DNA from: Octopus sinensis
Lineage: Eukaryota
DNA: 64,000 bases
Direction of reading: 5' to 3'
Assembly: GCF_006345805.1 (NCBI RefSeq)
Contig: NC_043012.1
Coordinates: 38,998,001 to 39,062,000, forward strand
Positions 12,280 through 25,467 of the stretch are shown piece after piece. Position 1 is the stretch's first letter, and every line of letters begins with the position of its first letter. The notes below the pieces were generated by a model. It was not told the DNA's origin, ran no database searches, and saw only the letters and a list, made by a program, of their open reading frames with translations. The position numbers and the translations under genes were made by a program.

Positions 12280-13539
12280 TATCACAGCATCGCAAACTGT
12301 TATTGTTACAGATTTGTGTTCTGTGTGACGACACGACAGCCAATAGAAATAATTCTAGACAAAGACAGCAATTAGCGTGAATAGAAGCAGACAATATTTT
12401 ATTTGGAATCAGTCAATGATAGAATTTCAATGTTACTTTACCAAATCTTGCATCGAAACAGTTCTGTTGTGTAGCAGCAAAGCTGGAACAATAAGAGGAA
12501 ACTCTAGCAGAAGATATAAATACTGCCTGCCGCACTCTTTCGCCATTTGCTTCTGGTGTTTATTTTCCAAACAAAATACTAAAGAGGGAAACGCAAAAGT
12601 CCAGAGACGCTCAGCTCAAAATGTTTTACGTTCAAAAAGATTAGTTCTGATCAGACTCAATTTAATGAGGCTAAATGCACAAGAAGCCACAATTGAATAC
12701 CATGTAGAGAACCATTTATTTTGATTGATGGGCATTAAAGGAAGGCATAAATACATTATGACCTGTCCTGATGGAATATGAAATTTTACGATGTTGATGA
12801 CCTTACGAAGAATAGGAACCAGTAGTCGGTTAGAACTGGTGAATATACAATGCCTTTTACGTAGCAGCATAAGCCCCTGATGAGATCGACCCCTTATAGA
12901 TCAAATCCATTGTGGGATCGGAGGAGTAGATCAAAGATAAAGATAAGACACTATATCTCATCGTTGTTTTAGCAGATCAAAATTCAAGATAGTTTTACAA
13001 TGTTTTTTGTTCGCATTGCTTTAGCTTATATTTCACTATGAGATATAAAAGTCTAGCTAATCGATAATAAACCAAACAGCCAATCGAAACTCAGCCGTTC
13101 ATATTTAACGAGAGGAAACGATTCTGTCACTGAAGGAGACAGCGACCTCTTAAACAGTATCATCCACGTCAATATAACATTGTAACCCATTTTGAAGCAT
13201 GTTCTTTTGTATCGTTTTTCTCGGACATCTACAATAAACTAGAAAACTAAAACAAACTTGAAGTTTCCAAATGAAATTAAAAGCAGAAATGTTAGTCATA
13301 TTTGACCTGCAGCTACCACACAGCAGAATATTTCACAGCAAATACAGCAGTTCTGTTGTGAAACTTATCAATGCTTCGTTCAAAACTTCTTAAATGCCAG
13401 CTGGTCCAGTTTATTGCAGTAATAATCTATTCTTCAACAGCCGCTGCCACTAAAATTACGATATGACCAAACTCTGAAGAATTCTTCCAGAGTCACCTGA
13501 CGACCGCTACAACACAGTTGTAGTAAACTTCAGTTTCAA

Positions 13540-13730
13540 GTTTTGGCACAAGGCCAGCATTGGAGTACGTCGGTTACATCGTCCTCAGTAATTAGATGGT
13601 ACATATTTTCTCGACTTCAAAAGGGTCAAGGGCAAAGTTGGCCTCGGTGGAACTTAAATTCGGAACGTAAAGACAGAGGAAATTCTGCTAAGCACTTTTT
13701 GCCCGGGGTTCCAACTATTCTGCCAGTCCA
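13540..13730 (-). mobile_element. SINE family A, diverged
   Basis: GGCAAAGTTGGCCTCGGTGGAACTTAAATTCGGAACGTAAAGAC...GCTAAGCA homologous to the reverse complement of 2824-3098. Confidence 0.75.
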
Positions 13731-15959
13731 TTAATATTATAATAACCAAAACTATCCTCCTATTCCTTTTCTTTTCTTCTCATCGCCATCATCATCATCA
13801 ACAACTACAACCACACTCAGCACTCCTACTACAGTAGCAACACGATACATAAATGTGTATCACAGTAAGATCCGCCACTCGTAAGTGACATGCTGATTGT
13901 TCTTGCTCAAACCTAGGTTAACGATGTAAATGAAGAGAGTCCAGTGTTCTCCAGCAGTTATGCCTCCTTATTATTCCTTGTATCACGTTGTCCGGTATGT
14001 TCTATTCTCAGATAATAGTGTATGCTTTGAAGGAGATTTGACTGGTATTTGGGCAGATTGAAGAGCCACGTCGCTGTCCCCTATTTAGGTTTGAAAGATA
14101 AGGTTGTTTTATTATTTACAGACATTCGATACCCACTTCTCTCTCTCTATGGCATTGATCTGGTCAGTCAGTATGAACTTAAGAAGAAAGAGATTTCCGC
14201 CACAACTCCTAGAGCAGAATGATGCTATGCCAAACACCATGGAAACTCCAATATATTTGGAGAACACCGTACCCGGCAACAATAAACAACAATACCAATA
14301 AAGGTTGTAAAGAATCCATGCATTGACGATGTGAAGTTTGTAAATATTACGTCTAACGTCACCAACTGAAATCTGTTAATTAACGACTCGCAAGTGATAA
14401 TATCTGAGTAAGAATTCGATGTGATTCAGTTAGCTCTCCAGAAACATTAGAATGAGTATATTAGCTGACAGCTATCAGATGCCGAAGGTTGAAACAGGAA
14501 ATAAAGAATTTACACTTAAATCTGACTTAAACGCCAAACCAAGTGCCGTTTTATGTTTCGCCAAAACTCCGTAACAGATCTACTCGTGATAAAATTCTTA
14601 GAGGTCTGAGCAGACTCTTATATATTTCAAAGTGGGCACATTTATAACAAGTTTTTGACACACTCGTTTTAATATACAGTAGTTGCCTTTGTTAGACAAG
14701 TCACCTACATTTAACTGCATTAAACATGAGGAGTTGGACAGTCATGTGAAGGAGGAAATCGCTACTTGGTCATACGACCTACAAAAAGTAGACGCTGAAT
14801 CTCTATCAAACCGCATCAAAGATTTTTAAGTAATGGAAATACCCACAGTTGCCTTAAATAACGGGATAGTTTTTAATTAAATCAACGTGGCCTCTGTGTT
14901 CACACTATCACTAGAAATAGCATCCAAATGCATCTTCAGTCATATGCCATTATCTTAAAAAGGGAATGAATCGTTGGATGATGTTTTCTATATGGAATAT
15001 ATCTAGAAAAATAATACAAAACACAGCAGGAAGGCCAAGGTTGGAACGTTTCTGACCTTCATCTACTACAAACGTATATTTAATGCTTTCCCACTCCAGA
15101 ATGGATTGTCTGCATCACCTTTACATTTCAGCGACTCTGAGGCGTTTTCTTTATCGCGAAACCACCGATCGAAATACTGTAATGAGTAACTATTTGAATC
15201 CCTATTATGGCCGTACACGTTAATGCTGCTGCCCCTTATACCCTTTAACTATTTAACCACTTTCAGCTGGAGAGTTGTGGCCATGGTGAGGCACTGCCGT
15301 TTGTTATGATACGATTCAGACAATATCCATCGTCATTCAAGTAAGTACAGCTCGTTGACCAGCTTCTTTGACGCTTTCATCTTTTCCAAAAGGTGACACA
15401 AATTTTTCGGTAGCAAGATGCATCTTCCAGTTATCTTTTAAAATCATTTTCTACGAGGTTTTAACCGGTGCCACCTAATTTTGGAATATTCACAGATCGT
15501 CAGGCAACTATTTTTACTCAGAAGAATATATCGACCTACAGAAGAAGGCATTTTCCAAAATTCCACGTATGTGGTTTCACCTGGCTGCCTCTACTTATGG
15601 CGAAATATCAATTTACATATTGCCATCAGTTTGATAACAATTAAGAAATTATTAACATATCAATCCGGCATGAAAATTAATCATGTATGATTTTATTGTA
15701 GTAAATTAAAATATTTAAATTATGAAATATGAATAAACACAAAAACATGTAACATTCCATTCCACAGAAGAAGACAAAAAGTGATGACAGAGTTTAACTC
15801 TGTTTCTTTTCTACGAAAATTCAGTCTGTCAAAACTGCATTTTGTTGTATATTTGTACGCGATGAGAGATGATATGAGTTAAACAATTCAGGTTAAGGTC
15901 GTGTAAGGTTTGAGCATAGAAGACTAGCTTGATTGAGTGAGGGCTGACCATTTTATTGG

Positions 15960-16330
15960 CGTGAGTGAATGCTGTATTGTTGGCTGGAGGAGTAACTCCC
16001 GTCTTGATGGCTAGAATTGAGGTTGTACTTTTAGCTCGAGTGGAATATGTGTTATTGGCTATATTGAATGTAAACTGTGTTGTTAGCTAGAGTGAAGTCT
16101 TCATTGTTGGTTACAATACAGACTTCACTGCTTTGTAACCAACAATACAATACTTTATCTTTGCTCGAGCCAACACTACATGTGTTAAACCTGTTTTAAT
16201 AGCTTGAGTGGTTTCTGGGTGAGTATAGCCTCTCTTGTTGGCTCGAGTAAATATTGTCTTAATGACTTCAGTGGAGGCTAACTTAGTGGCCTGAGTAGAG
16301 ACTCCATGGCTGATTGGAATAGAAACACCC
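15960..16330. repeat. Degenerate ~27-bp minisatellite with an internal inverted segment
   Basis: Recurrent TTGTTGGCT(C)GAGTG-like motif; 16120-16146 and ~16165-16180 are in reverse orientation. Confidence 0.55.
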
Positions 16331-17031
16331 TTTATTTATAGATGCCCGTTTATTTTAAATTTTGGTTCCAATCCTACATAGAATGTGTGCATCTTTTTCT
16401 TACAGCAGAACGAAATGTATGAATAGTTGCATAAACTTAATGTAGCATTAGTAGAAACTTGGAAACAAGCAGTAGACTCTTCCACATTCGTTTTCTTACA
16501 ATATTAGCAAACAAATACACAGACAACGACAGTAATATTTGATTTGCTATTCAGAAATTCAATATTCTGATAGTTCTGTATTTCTGTATGTTATCGTCAC
16601 AAACAGAGAAAGATGGCTACCGTAATACACATGTAAACCGAATGAAATTATGCACTCCAGATAGACAGGCATCAGACAGTGAGAACTAGCGCTTAATAAA
16701 ATATGGATTAATAAGCATTAGATCAAGACTATTTTAATAACTAGCATCTATATTTCATTAATACTTCTACATTACTTTGTTTCTCGGAAGAAATTTACGT
16801 AATCTAAAATGTAGGAATATTAATTTATTGTACTGAGATACAAATTTAAAATTATGATTTATAGTAAAACGTATTGATATATTGCTTAAACATATTCAAG
16901 CAATTAAGGAAAATGACTTCGACATTAAAAATTGTAAATTCCGTAGTAGCTATAAAGATTATAAATTAATGAACAATAAATAGAATTCAAATTGTAATTA
17001 AATACAATATTTAGACATTTATACATAATGC

Positions 17032-17100
<69 letters not shown>

Positions 17101-17530
17101 TACATATCTACGTATTTGTATATGCATATAGTTATATGTATATATACATATAAATGCACATATATATGCATATAAATGCACACATATATATATGTCAGTG
17201 TGTCTGTGAAGATCTAAATTTCTTCACAAACACACTCCCATATATATTCTCTGACGCTCGCATATAAATTTGCATATATCTATACGTACACACACACATA
17301 GACACGCACACATATATTAATATGTATGTACACTACATATACATACATATGTATTAAATGATTTTTATGCTAAATTTCAGCAGCCTCAGGTTTCATGTTC
17401 ACAAATTTGTCAACACGTGACCTCAGATGCCTGGAATTTAACATAAATTCTATTAAAATGAATTGTGTAGCCTCCCTAACAGTTTTAGGTATTCGCTCTG
17501 TCAGTTCATTACTGACGTATACATGTGTGT

Positions 17531-17581
<51 letters not shown>

Positions 17582-17779
17582 CGTGCGTGTTTGTGTGGGT
17601 GGGTGTAAATACTGAAGTAGCTGGAAGCCCTAATACATACATAAATATTCGCTTGAGAGAGCTGCGAGGATCGAATTAGCGAGGATTAAATTCACCGAAA
17701 GAAAGGTTCCATTTTTTGTTCTGTTGTCAACCGCAACCATCGGCAAATCATTTCTGCTACCATGGTAATCTTTCTACTG

Positions 17780-18200
17780 ATTTCTTTAATTGTTTGGGCA
17801 ATAATAGGCAAAGTCCGTCATGACCCAACTCCATTGCGCAATAATCTACAGGTCCCCATTTGACCATAGCCTCATCAACCGGGTCCTGGTATTTAGCTTG
17901 CTTCAACTATCACCATGTGCAATCCGCTACAGGTGTGGTGCCAGGTTCTGCTTTGGTGTCTCCACAAGCTCTTCTGAAGCTCCAAATTATAAATTGTTTC
18001 TTAGCACACTACATTACCAAGCTTTCCATCCACCAGGTGTCTCACCAACCACTTCTCTCTAACAGTGTCTCCGATATAAGATCATATCTCATAACACCTG
18101 TCATTCTCTCTCAACTTTTCTCTTTTCTCTCACCTTTATTGGCAAAATCGCCCCACCACACCGATGTTCTATTTCCATTTTTAACTTATTTACGTCTTGT
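17780..18200 (-). mobile_element. Heavily degraded RTE-like LINE 3' fragment
   Basis: Frameshifted minus-strand traces of the CG-RP-K-TW C-terminal RTE motif (TGTGGAGACACCAAAGCAGAACCTGG); many stops. Confidence 0.35.
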
Positions 18201-18789
18201 TTTTTTTTGTTTGTTTTTTTTACTTTCGAACGGTCATCACTTTTATACTTTCTCAAAATATCTGCTCCTAAAACTTAGAATTTCACACCTTCTGACAACC
18301 GAATTTACGACCAATTATCAAATACTAATCAGGAACACTAGCTAGGTGCTAATGTGTTTCTTTGTCTCAAACTCATAAAATCAAATCAAAATGATTTTAT
18401 CACTCCGATCATGAATACATCGAAACTGTGTTCCTATGTAGCAGCAACATTAGCTTTGAAAGCTCTTATATTCTTTATTGTATCTCTCTTGGTGATTTGC
18501 GGTTCAACACACATGGTTACAAATGAAGGCTTCAGTTGTCTTGGTGCTATACTATACTCTTCGTTATCTAATCGGTTATAATATACCATCCGCTGACTAT
18601 TCCTAGTATTATAATAGCTTAAAACGTGACATGAAATTGTTATAGAGATTATGGTCAAATTCACATTTCTCATCTAGCACTGTAACCTGCACGAAATAAC
18701 CCGAAATCTGTTGAGTGTACCCGCCAAAATAACGACTGTTACTCAATTTCGCACAGGTAAATGTATTCAATGATTATTCCTGAGGCATT

Positions 18790-18995
18790 ACTTCATGGCC
18801 AAGGTCTAATCCAAACAAATTGAACGTCGTTTTGTATGTTATTCGAGAAACACTTGTAAACTATCACCAGCCGTGTACTTTCAGTTAAGCTTTTGTTTGT
18901 CCTGTGTATCGCATGCGACACACAAGATATACACACATTTCCTTGACACCTATGCACCACATTTGTTTCAACCGCCGGAATAACTTGCAATTTAT
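18790..18995 (-). pseudogene. Possible GIY-YIG endonuclease relic of a Penelope-like element
   Basis: Translation TNVVHRCQGNVCISCVSHAIHRTNKSLTES resembles the NVVY-x-C-xx-C-xxx-YIGxTxRxLxER pattern; an alternative frame gives YTGQTK. Confidence 0.3.
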
Positions 18996-19264
18996 GACAG
19001 GAAAACTTTATATAATCAGAACGTATGAAAGATAGATTAACCAGAAGTCTTTAAACAAGCATGGACGATTAAGACAAACTTATGAAAACGTTTTGGACGG
19101 ATAAAAGATGTAATTTCTTTTTCTTGACAGTACAATGAAGTTACGTCGTGGCATGTTTCAAAACAAGCAATTCTAGCCATGTCGACTGTAGTTGCGTTCA
19201 CAACCAGACGGCGCTATAATGGTAAACTTTCAGTCGGAATCCGGTAAATCACAAATAAGTAGAC

Positions 19265-19660
19265 TCTATTCTCTTTTACTCTTTTACTTGTTTCAGTCAT
19301 TTGACTGTGGCCATACTGGAGCACCGCCTTTAGTCGAGCAAATTGACCCCAGAACTATTCTATGTAAGCCTAGTACTAGTTCTAACGGTCGCTTTTGCCG
19401 AACCGCTAAGTTACGGAGACGTAAACACACCAGCATCGGACACAAACTGGGGGACAAACACAAACACGCAAATATATACACACACGTATCTATCTATCTA
19501 TCTATCTATATATATATATATATATATACATACATACATATATACGACGGACTTCTTTCAGTTTCCATCTACCAAATCCACTTTCGTCGACCCGAGGCTT
19601 TAGCAGAAGACAGTTGCCCAAGGTGCCACGCAGTGGGACTGAACCTGGAACCATGTGGTT
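19265..19660 (-). mobile_element. SINE family B, near full length
   Basis: Tail CTCTTTTACT...TTTCAGTCATTTGACTGTGGCCATACTGGAGCACCGCC, internal microsatellite, head GCCACGCAGTGGGACTGAACC. Confidence 0.9.
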
Positions 19661-19944
19661 GATAATCAGCTTTTCAATCACATCACTTCAAACTATTGTA
19701 ATCCATCACCATTCAAGGCACCAACTGATATTCTGGTTTCAAATCTCTCCCTTTATATATTCGTATTTCAATTCACAATTAAAGTTTTTCACATTGTCTT
19801 TTGTTACAATGCATTTTGGATATTCCATCATCCTCTTCATCAACATACGTTTGGTCATTACTACCTTGAGACCTCGAAATCACAGCACTGCTTACCAACT
19901 TTGCAAGGTGTATAAGCGGACGGGATCACAATATTTTCGGTGAA

Positions 19945-20105
19945 CGGAATGACAGCTCTTCCCATGGTTACTGAATTACAGGTAGGTGGACTGGAGCAAT
20001 TTTAAAATGTTTTCTTCAAGAACGCAACGCACAATCCAGTCCTGGTATTGAAACACAACTTTGTGATCGTGAGTGCAACATTAACAACTCAGCTACGCGA
20101 CTTCA
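19945..20105 (-). mobile_element. SINE family D, degraded
   Basis: GGACTGGAGCAATT...CAAGAACGCAACGC motif as at 6700 and 36290. Confidence 0.55.
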
Positions 20106-20164
20106 CCTTTTTTAGATTTTAGGAAAACAAAATGGAGATGTACTTGCATAGCAAGTAACATGAT

Positions 20165-20440
20165 TTGAGATCGTGTGCTGAAACAAACAATTGCAGCGTA
20201 GAAGGTGTTTATAAGCCATTTAAAAACACAGAAGCCGTTAGATTCACTTGAACATTTCAATTTAATTTGTCAAAATATTTTCTTCGCTATTCGGAATTTT
20301 GTCAGTGAACAGGTCGCAGTGTCAAAGCGACGAAAATTAACTTTAAATGATGTAGTGACTCTGGCGGTTTTTGTATACTTTTTTTTAAATGGCTTACAAA
20401 CACTTTCCACGATTCAAAATAAATAGATATGTTTAAAATG
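20165..20440. mobile_element. Unclassified interspersed repeat (second, inverted copy at ~26670-26790)
   Basis: AACAATTGCAGCGTAGAAGGTGTTTATAAGCCATTTAAAAACAC is the reverse complement of GTGTGTTTTAAATGGCTTATAAACACCTTTCACGTTGCAATTGTT at ~26740-26785. Confidence 0.7.
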
Positions 20441-20469
20441 ATAAAATTAAAATGTTTCTACTACTGGAA

Positions 20470-20620
20470 CAAGACATGAAATTTTAGGTAAGGTCGGTAA
20501 ATGGATTAATTCGACCCCAGAGCATGGCAGGTAACTATTTTATCGACACCGAAAGGTAGAATTCGAAGTTAACCGGAAGATATGCCGCGAAGCATTTTAA
20601 CCGGGTTTCTTCCAGCTCAT
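20470..20620 (-). mobile_element. SINE family A, diverged fragment
   Basis: TTCGACCCCAG...TTTTATCGACACCGAAAGG...AAGCATTTT remnants. Confidence 0.5.
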
Positions 20621-20886
20621 CGTTTTAATAAGCACCAATTGTTAAATGTCACCGCCTGACAGGGAGTAACGCTCGTTCTAACTTATGGAATTATGTAGTG
20701 GCCCCACGCCGACAAAAGACTTCTGATTGGACTTGGTAGACGGGGAGGGAGAAAGATCGCAGGAGAGAACTCATCCATGGATCTCAGAAATTTTACCTGC
20801 CCTAGATATACAAACATATATATATATATATATATACATATATGTGTGTATGTATGCATGTGTGAATATGTATGCATATATATATG

Positions 20887-21540
20887 GTGACGTATATTTG
20901 CCATTTAAATATGGCTAACCCCTAAGGGTGGATGCTGCTGTAGTTTTTAGCCCCAGGAAGCCACCTCCTCCAGCTGGCTATAGACCCTCTTTCTGTGCCC
21001 TATCAGTATTTGCAAAGGGAAGTCATTCTTCCCGTCTCCAACTTATGATACACACGGACTCGAGGTTCTGGGGCTAAAATCTACAGTAGCATCCACCCTT
21101 AGGGGTTAGGCATATTTAAATGGCAAATATTCGTCACGATGTGTTGCAGCTACTGTTTATAACTCGCTCTAAGAGTTATTATTGCTTGTTTACACTTTTT
21201 CGATATCAGTGTCTTTACGATACTGGAAAAAGTATATGTATTTGTGAAGGGAACCTACTTTTCATCGACAACTGTGATTGTCACGCGCCGATGACGGGTC
21301 AATACTCAGAAACTCGAGTCCGTGTGTATCATAAGTTGAAGACGGGAAGGATGGCTTCCCTTTGCAAATACTGATAAGGCACAGAAAGAGTGTCTATAGC
21401 CAGCTGGAGGAGGTGTCTTCCTGGGGCTTAAGACTACAGTAGCATCCGCCTTTAGGGGTTAGCCATATTTAAATGGCAAATATACGTCACGATGTGTTGC
21501 AGCTACTGTTTATAACTCGCTCTAAGAGTTTTTATTGCTT
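20887..21540 (+). mobile_element. Non-autonomous Penelope/retrozyme-like element (family H1): 353-bp monomer, 120-bp partial tandem repeat and 184-bp inverted arm
   Basis: 21068-21187 repeats directly at 21421-21540 (offset 353); 20887-21070 is the reverse complement of 21307-21490; (TA)-rich flanks; hammerhead fold at 21282-21326. Confidence 0.8.
21282..21326 (+). ncRNA. Putative minimal type I hammerhead ribozyme (core CCGAUGA, palindromic stem III ACUCGAGU, GUC cleavage site after 21320)
   Basis: Stem I CACGCG(21282-87)/CGTGTG(21321-26); core CCGATGA 21288-94; stem II GGGT/ACTC with CAAT loop and a C-A mismatch at the base; GAAA 21309-12; stem III ACTCGAGT; C17. Confidence 0.7.
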
Positions 21541-21585
21541 ATATATATATATGTAAATATATATGTATATGTATATATATATGAA

Positions 21586-21629
<44 letters not shown>

Positions 21630-21683
21630 TACATATGTATATATATACATACATATACATAATCATATATACATATATATATA

Positions 21684-21895
21684 GTGTGTGTGTGTGTTTG
21701 TGCCTCAGCATCGCTTGACGACTACCGTTGGTATGATTACGTCACCGTAACTTAGTGGTTCGATAGAAAAGACCCATGGACATATGTACGCGGCTTTAAA
21801 GGAATAAATACTGGGATCGTTTTTCAGCTAAATTACTTTACGGTGGTGCTCCAGTATGGCCGTAGTCCAGTAACTGAAAAGAGGAAAAGACGAAA
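21684..21895 (+). mobile_element. SINE family B, 3' half
   Basis: GCATCGCTTGACG...CCGTAACTTAGTGGTTCG...GGTGGTGCTCCAGTATGGCCG. Confidence 0.8.
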
Positions 21896-21904
21896 GCTAA
21901 AAGA

Positions 21905-22048
21905 TATACATACATGCACACGCATATGTATGTATGTATGTAAGTATGTATGTATGCATGTATGTATGTCTGTATGTATGTATTCATGTATGTATGTATG
22001 TATGCATGTATGTATATATTTATGTATGTATGTATATATGTATGTATG

Positions 22049-22087
<39 letters not shown>

Positions 22088-22200
22088 GTATGTATGTATG
22101 CATGCATGCATGTATGGATGTATTTATGTATGTATGTATGTATGCATGTATGTATGCATTTATGTATGTATATATGTATGTATGTATATATGTATGTATG

Positions 22201-22235
<35 letters not shown>

Positions 22236-22735
22236 GTATGTATGTTTGTATGCATGCATGTATGTATGTATTTATGTATGTATGTAGTATGTAAGCATGT
22301 ATGTATGTATTTATGTATGTATATATGTATGTATGTATGTATATATGTATGTATGTATGTATATATGTATGTATGTATGCATGTATGTATGTATGTATAT
22401 AGGTATGTATGTATGTATGTATGTATGAATGTATATAGGTATGTATGCATGTATGTATGTATGTAAATATGTATGTATGTATGTATGTATGCATGCATGT
22501 ATGTATGTATGTATGTATGTGTGTATGCATGCATGCATGTATGCATGTATGTATGTATGTATGTATGTATGTATGTATGCATGCATGTAAGTATGTATGT
22601 ATGTATGTATGTACGTATGTATGTATGTATGTATGTATGCATGTATGTATGTATGTATGTATGTATGTATGTATGCATGTATGTATGTATGTATGTATGT
22701 ATGTATGTATGTATGTATGTATGTATGTATGTACC
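21905..22735. repeat. Very long imperfect (TATG)n microsatellite (~830 bp)
   Basis: Direct inspection; source of the MYVC/HTYI ORFs. Confidence 0.95.
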
Positions 22736-23708
22736 TTGACGTACAAGCAATTTACGGCGACGTTTTCTGAGTCTATTTACAGCATGACGACTGTTGCAAC
22801 GTCGTGCTTAAAAAGGGATGTTTCCGTGTGTTTTTAAGAGTGACACGGTGAATATGTTGCGTTGTAATAAACGGAAGACAGAAAGAGAAAATAATAAGAG
22901 AAGTCCATGAATTTTATGCAGAACGAAACATTTGAAAAGAATCTCAAATGATACGAATATAACCGTAGTTTGGAAAATATTTTTACGGCTTCCTTTCCGC
23001 AAAACACTTCACAAGATTGCGTCATTCCCTGAAAATAATTGTAAATTTTTTTTTTCTCGTTTTTAATCAACTGACAGAAATTGGTAATTAAGAATGAAAA
23101 TGATTATTTTGTAAGCATAATTAAATTAACACAGAGACACACATATATATGAGTGTTTGTATGGGCGTATTATTAACTTTCCTTACTATACACACATAAA
23201 CCAAGCATGCATATAGATATTTGCAAAGACTAAGTGATTGTGTGCCTAGGTTCGCTGCCTTTGATCTTTAGACACAAACTTGCATTGGTTAAGATATACG
23301 ACCACAAATTACAGTTGTGCCTTTTGGTATGTCATGCACCGCGTTACCCAATATATCCCTTCACTTTCTGGAGGTACTGTAGACTTAGTTGAAGCTGATT
23401 TAGTTGGTCTTTCCAGCAGATGTACAAAGCGATTAGCGGCTGCGTGGCTTCTTGCGAGTGCGCGTACACCTTCGTGTCTGTGTGTTTATGTGTTGTAAGT
23501 ATGTGAATCTGCGCGAGCACAAGTAGATTGTGTAACGATAGATATTTTCAAAATTAATTTAAACGTTCAAAGAAAACAAGTTGTTTGTACAGATTGTTTG
23601 TATTTGAAACATTTAAAGTTAATTGAATTTTACTTTAGTTCTTTGATATACATACTCACAAACGTCTCTCCCCACCTCTCTCTCTCTCTCTTGTATATAA
23701 ATACATAC

Positions 23709-23744
<36 letters not shown>

Positions 23745-23754
23745 TTACGTATGC

Positions 23755-23809
<55 letters not shown>

Positions 23810-23816
23810 CGTATGC

Positions 23817-23858
<42 letters not shown>

Positions 23859-24289
23859 TATATATATATACATACGTATGCATTTATATATATATATATA
23901 TATATGTATAGGCAGAAGCAAAAAAACATAACTGGAACACGATCGAGGTTTGAATGTAGCTTTTTCCGAAAGGAAATTTGTTTCCAAGGGGAAAATGAAA
24001 GTCATCAATTGTCAATAAGTCTTCGATTTTCGCTTGGCGGCTTGTTCAACCAGTGGCGAACGAATTTCTTTCTAAAGTTTACTGCTGCTGGAAAATAAGA
24101 TAATATGTTTCAATATGAGGAATGGTAATGTAGATATCTCCGGTTGTAGTAAAAGTTCAAAGTAGAGTTTGTTTTAGTTCAGACATCGAAGTTTGAATGA
24201 TTGAGTTTAAATGTCAAATAATTAACTGCAGGTATGGTGATGGGTGGTAACTAGGTAAAAAGACAAAAGAAGAAGAATATAATACTGCT

Positions 24290-24450
24290 TTCAAATTTTG
24301 GCAAAAGTCCACTAATTTCGGTGGGGATGAGGTACTAGAATGAAACGCAAAGTCAGCCCCGGTGACAATTGAGCTCAGAATGTAAAGATGGACGAAATGC
24401 CGTATATATCATTTGGCGAGTGTCTTAAAGATTCTGCCAGCTGCTGCTGC
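24290..24450 (-). mobile_element. SINE family A, degraded
   Basis: GCAAAGTC...GAGCTCAGAATGTAAAGATGGACGAAATGCC remnants. Confidence 0.6.
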
Positions 24451-24661
24451 TGCCTTTGTGTATAACATAAAGCATTAGTTGTTATACCAAGAAGAGTGAA
24501 GTGTAAAGAGAAACAACGCATAAATATAAACACTTATCGAAAGAATGAGGAAAATATCGTATAAAATTAGTGCTGGATCGGGATCGGTACTGAACTGAAA
24601 TCCGGGAGGAAATAAAGTTATTAACAGAAAAAAAACAATCACCGATACTACTACGAATAAT

Positions 24662-25035
24662 TATTTCTACTCTAAGTACAAGGCCTTGAAAATTTGGGTG
24701 GGGGTAGAGGATGAGTCGATTACATCAACCCCAAAAGGATGAAAAGCAAAGTCGACCTCAGCGGAATTTGAACTCAGAACGTAGCGGCAGACGAAATACC
24801 TATTTCTTTACTACCCACAAGGGGCTAAAAACAGAGGAGACAAACAAGGACAGACAGACGGATTAAGTCGATTATATGGACCTCCAGTACGTAACTGGTA
24901 CTTAATTTATCGTCCCCGAAAGGATGAAAGGCAAAGTCGAACTTAGCGGAATTTGAACTCAGAACGTAACGGCAGACGAAATACCGCTAAGCATTTCGCC
25001 GCGCGAGCTAAGGTTTCTGGCAAGTCACCTCCTTA
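24662..25035 (-). mobile_element. SINE family A, dimeric form
   Basis: Two AAAGTCGA...GCGGAATTTGAACTCAGAACGTA...GCAGACGAAATACC blocks (24748-24800, 24934-24990); same junction as the copy at 2824. Confidence 0.9.
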
Positions 25036-25433
25036 GAATATTCCCATATTATATTATATTTTGAGTTATATTATTCAATAATGTTATGTCACAAAGTTTA
25101 CAACAAACGTATCAATTTAGTTCAAATTTTTTCAGTCGTCAGCTAAAGACTGCTGTAAATTGTTTTAAGAGAGAAGTAATGCGCTGACGTTTACATCTGT
25201 TAGCTACCATTTTGAGAGCCAAATTAATAACAAGGAATGGAAGATAAATTAGAAACTGACGGACTCTTTGTTACAAGGGAAAGGAGAAAGTGACCAGAAA
25301 CAACGCCATCAATATTGTTGATGTTTTTAATGGGAATTCAAAGAGTAAGAAACGGAAGGAAATTATGAACAAAGAATTAAAAATTACGAAGAAAGTTGTA
25401 ACAATTACCTTTAGCTTAGTGCTAAATGCATTG

Positions 25434-25467
<34 letters not shown>

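Noticed and set aside
12377-12930. 115-aa ORF plus CTGATGA-GATC...GATC-AAAT motif (possible decayed PLE end)
   Set aside because: Protein similarity is vague; the motif lacks the G of GAAA and has no valid NUH/stem I.
15267-15340. 74-nt candidate exon (TTTCAG acceptor, GTAAGT donor)
   Set aside because: Its 5' part resembles the SINE B tail (GTGGCCAT..G.GCAC.GCC), the open frame is unrecognisable, and no partner exons were found.
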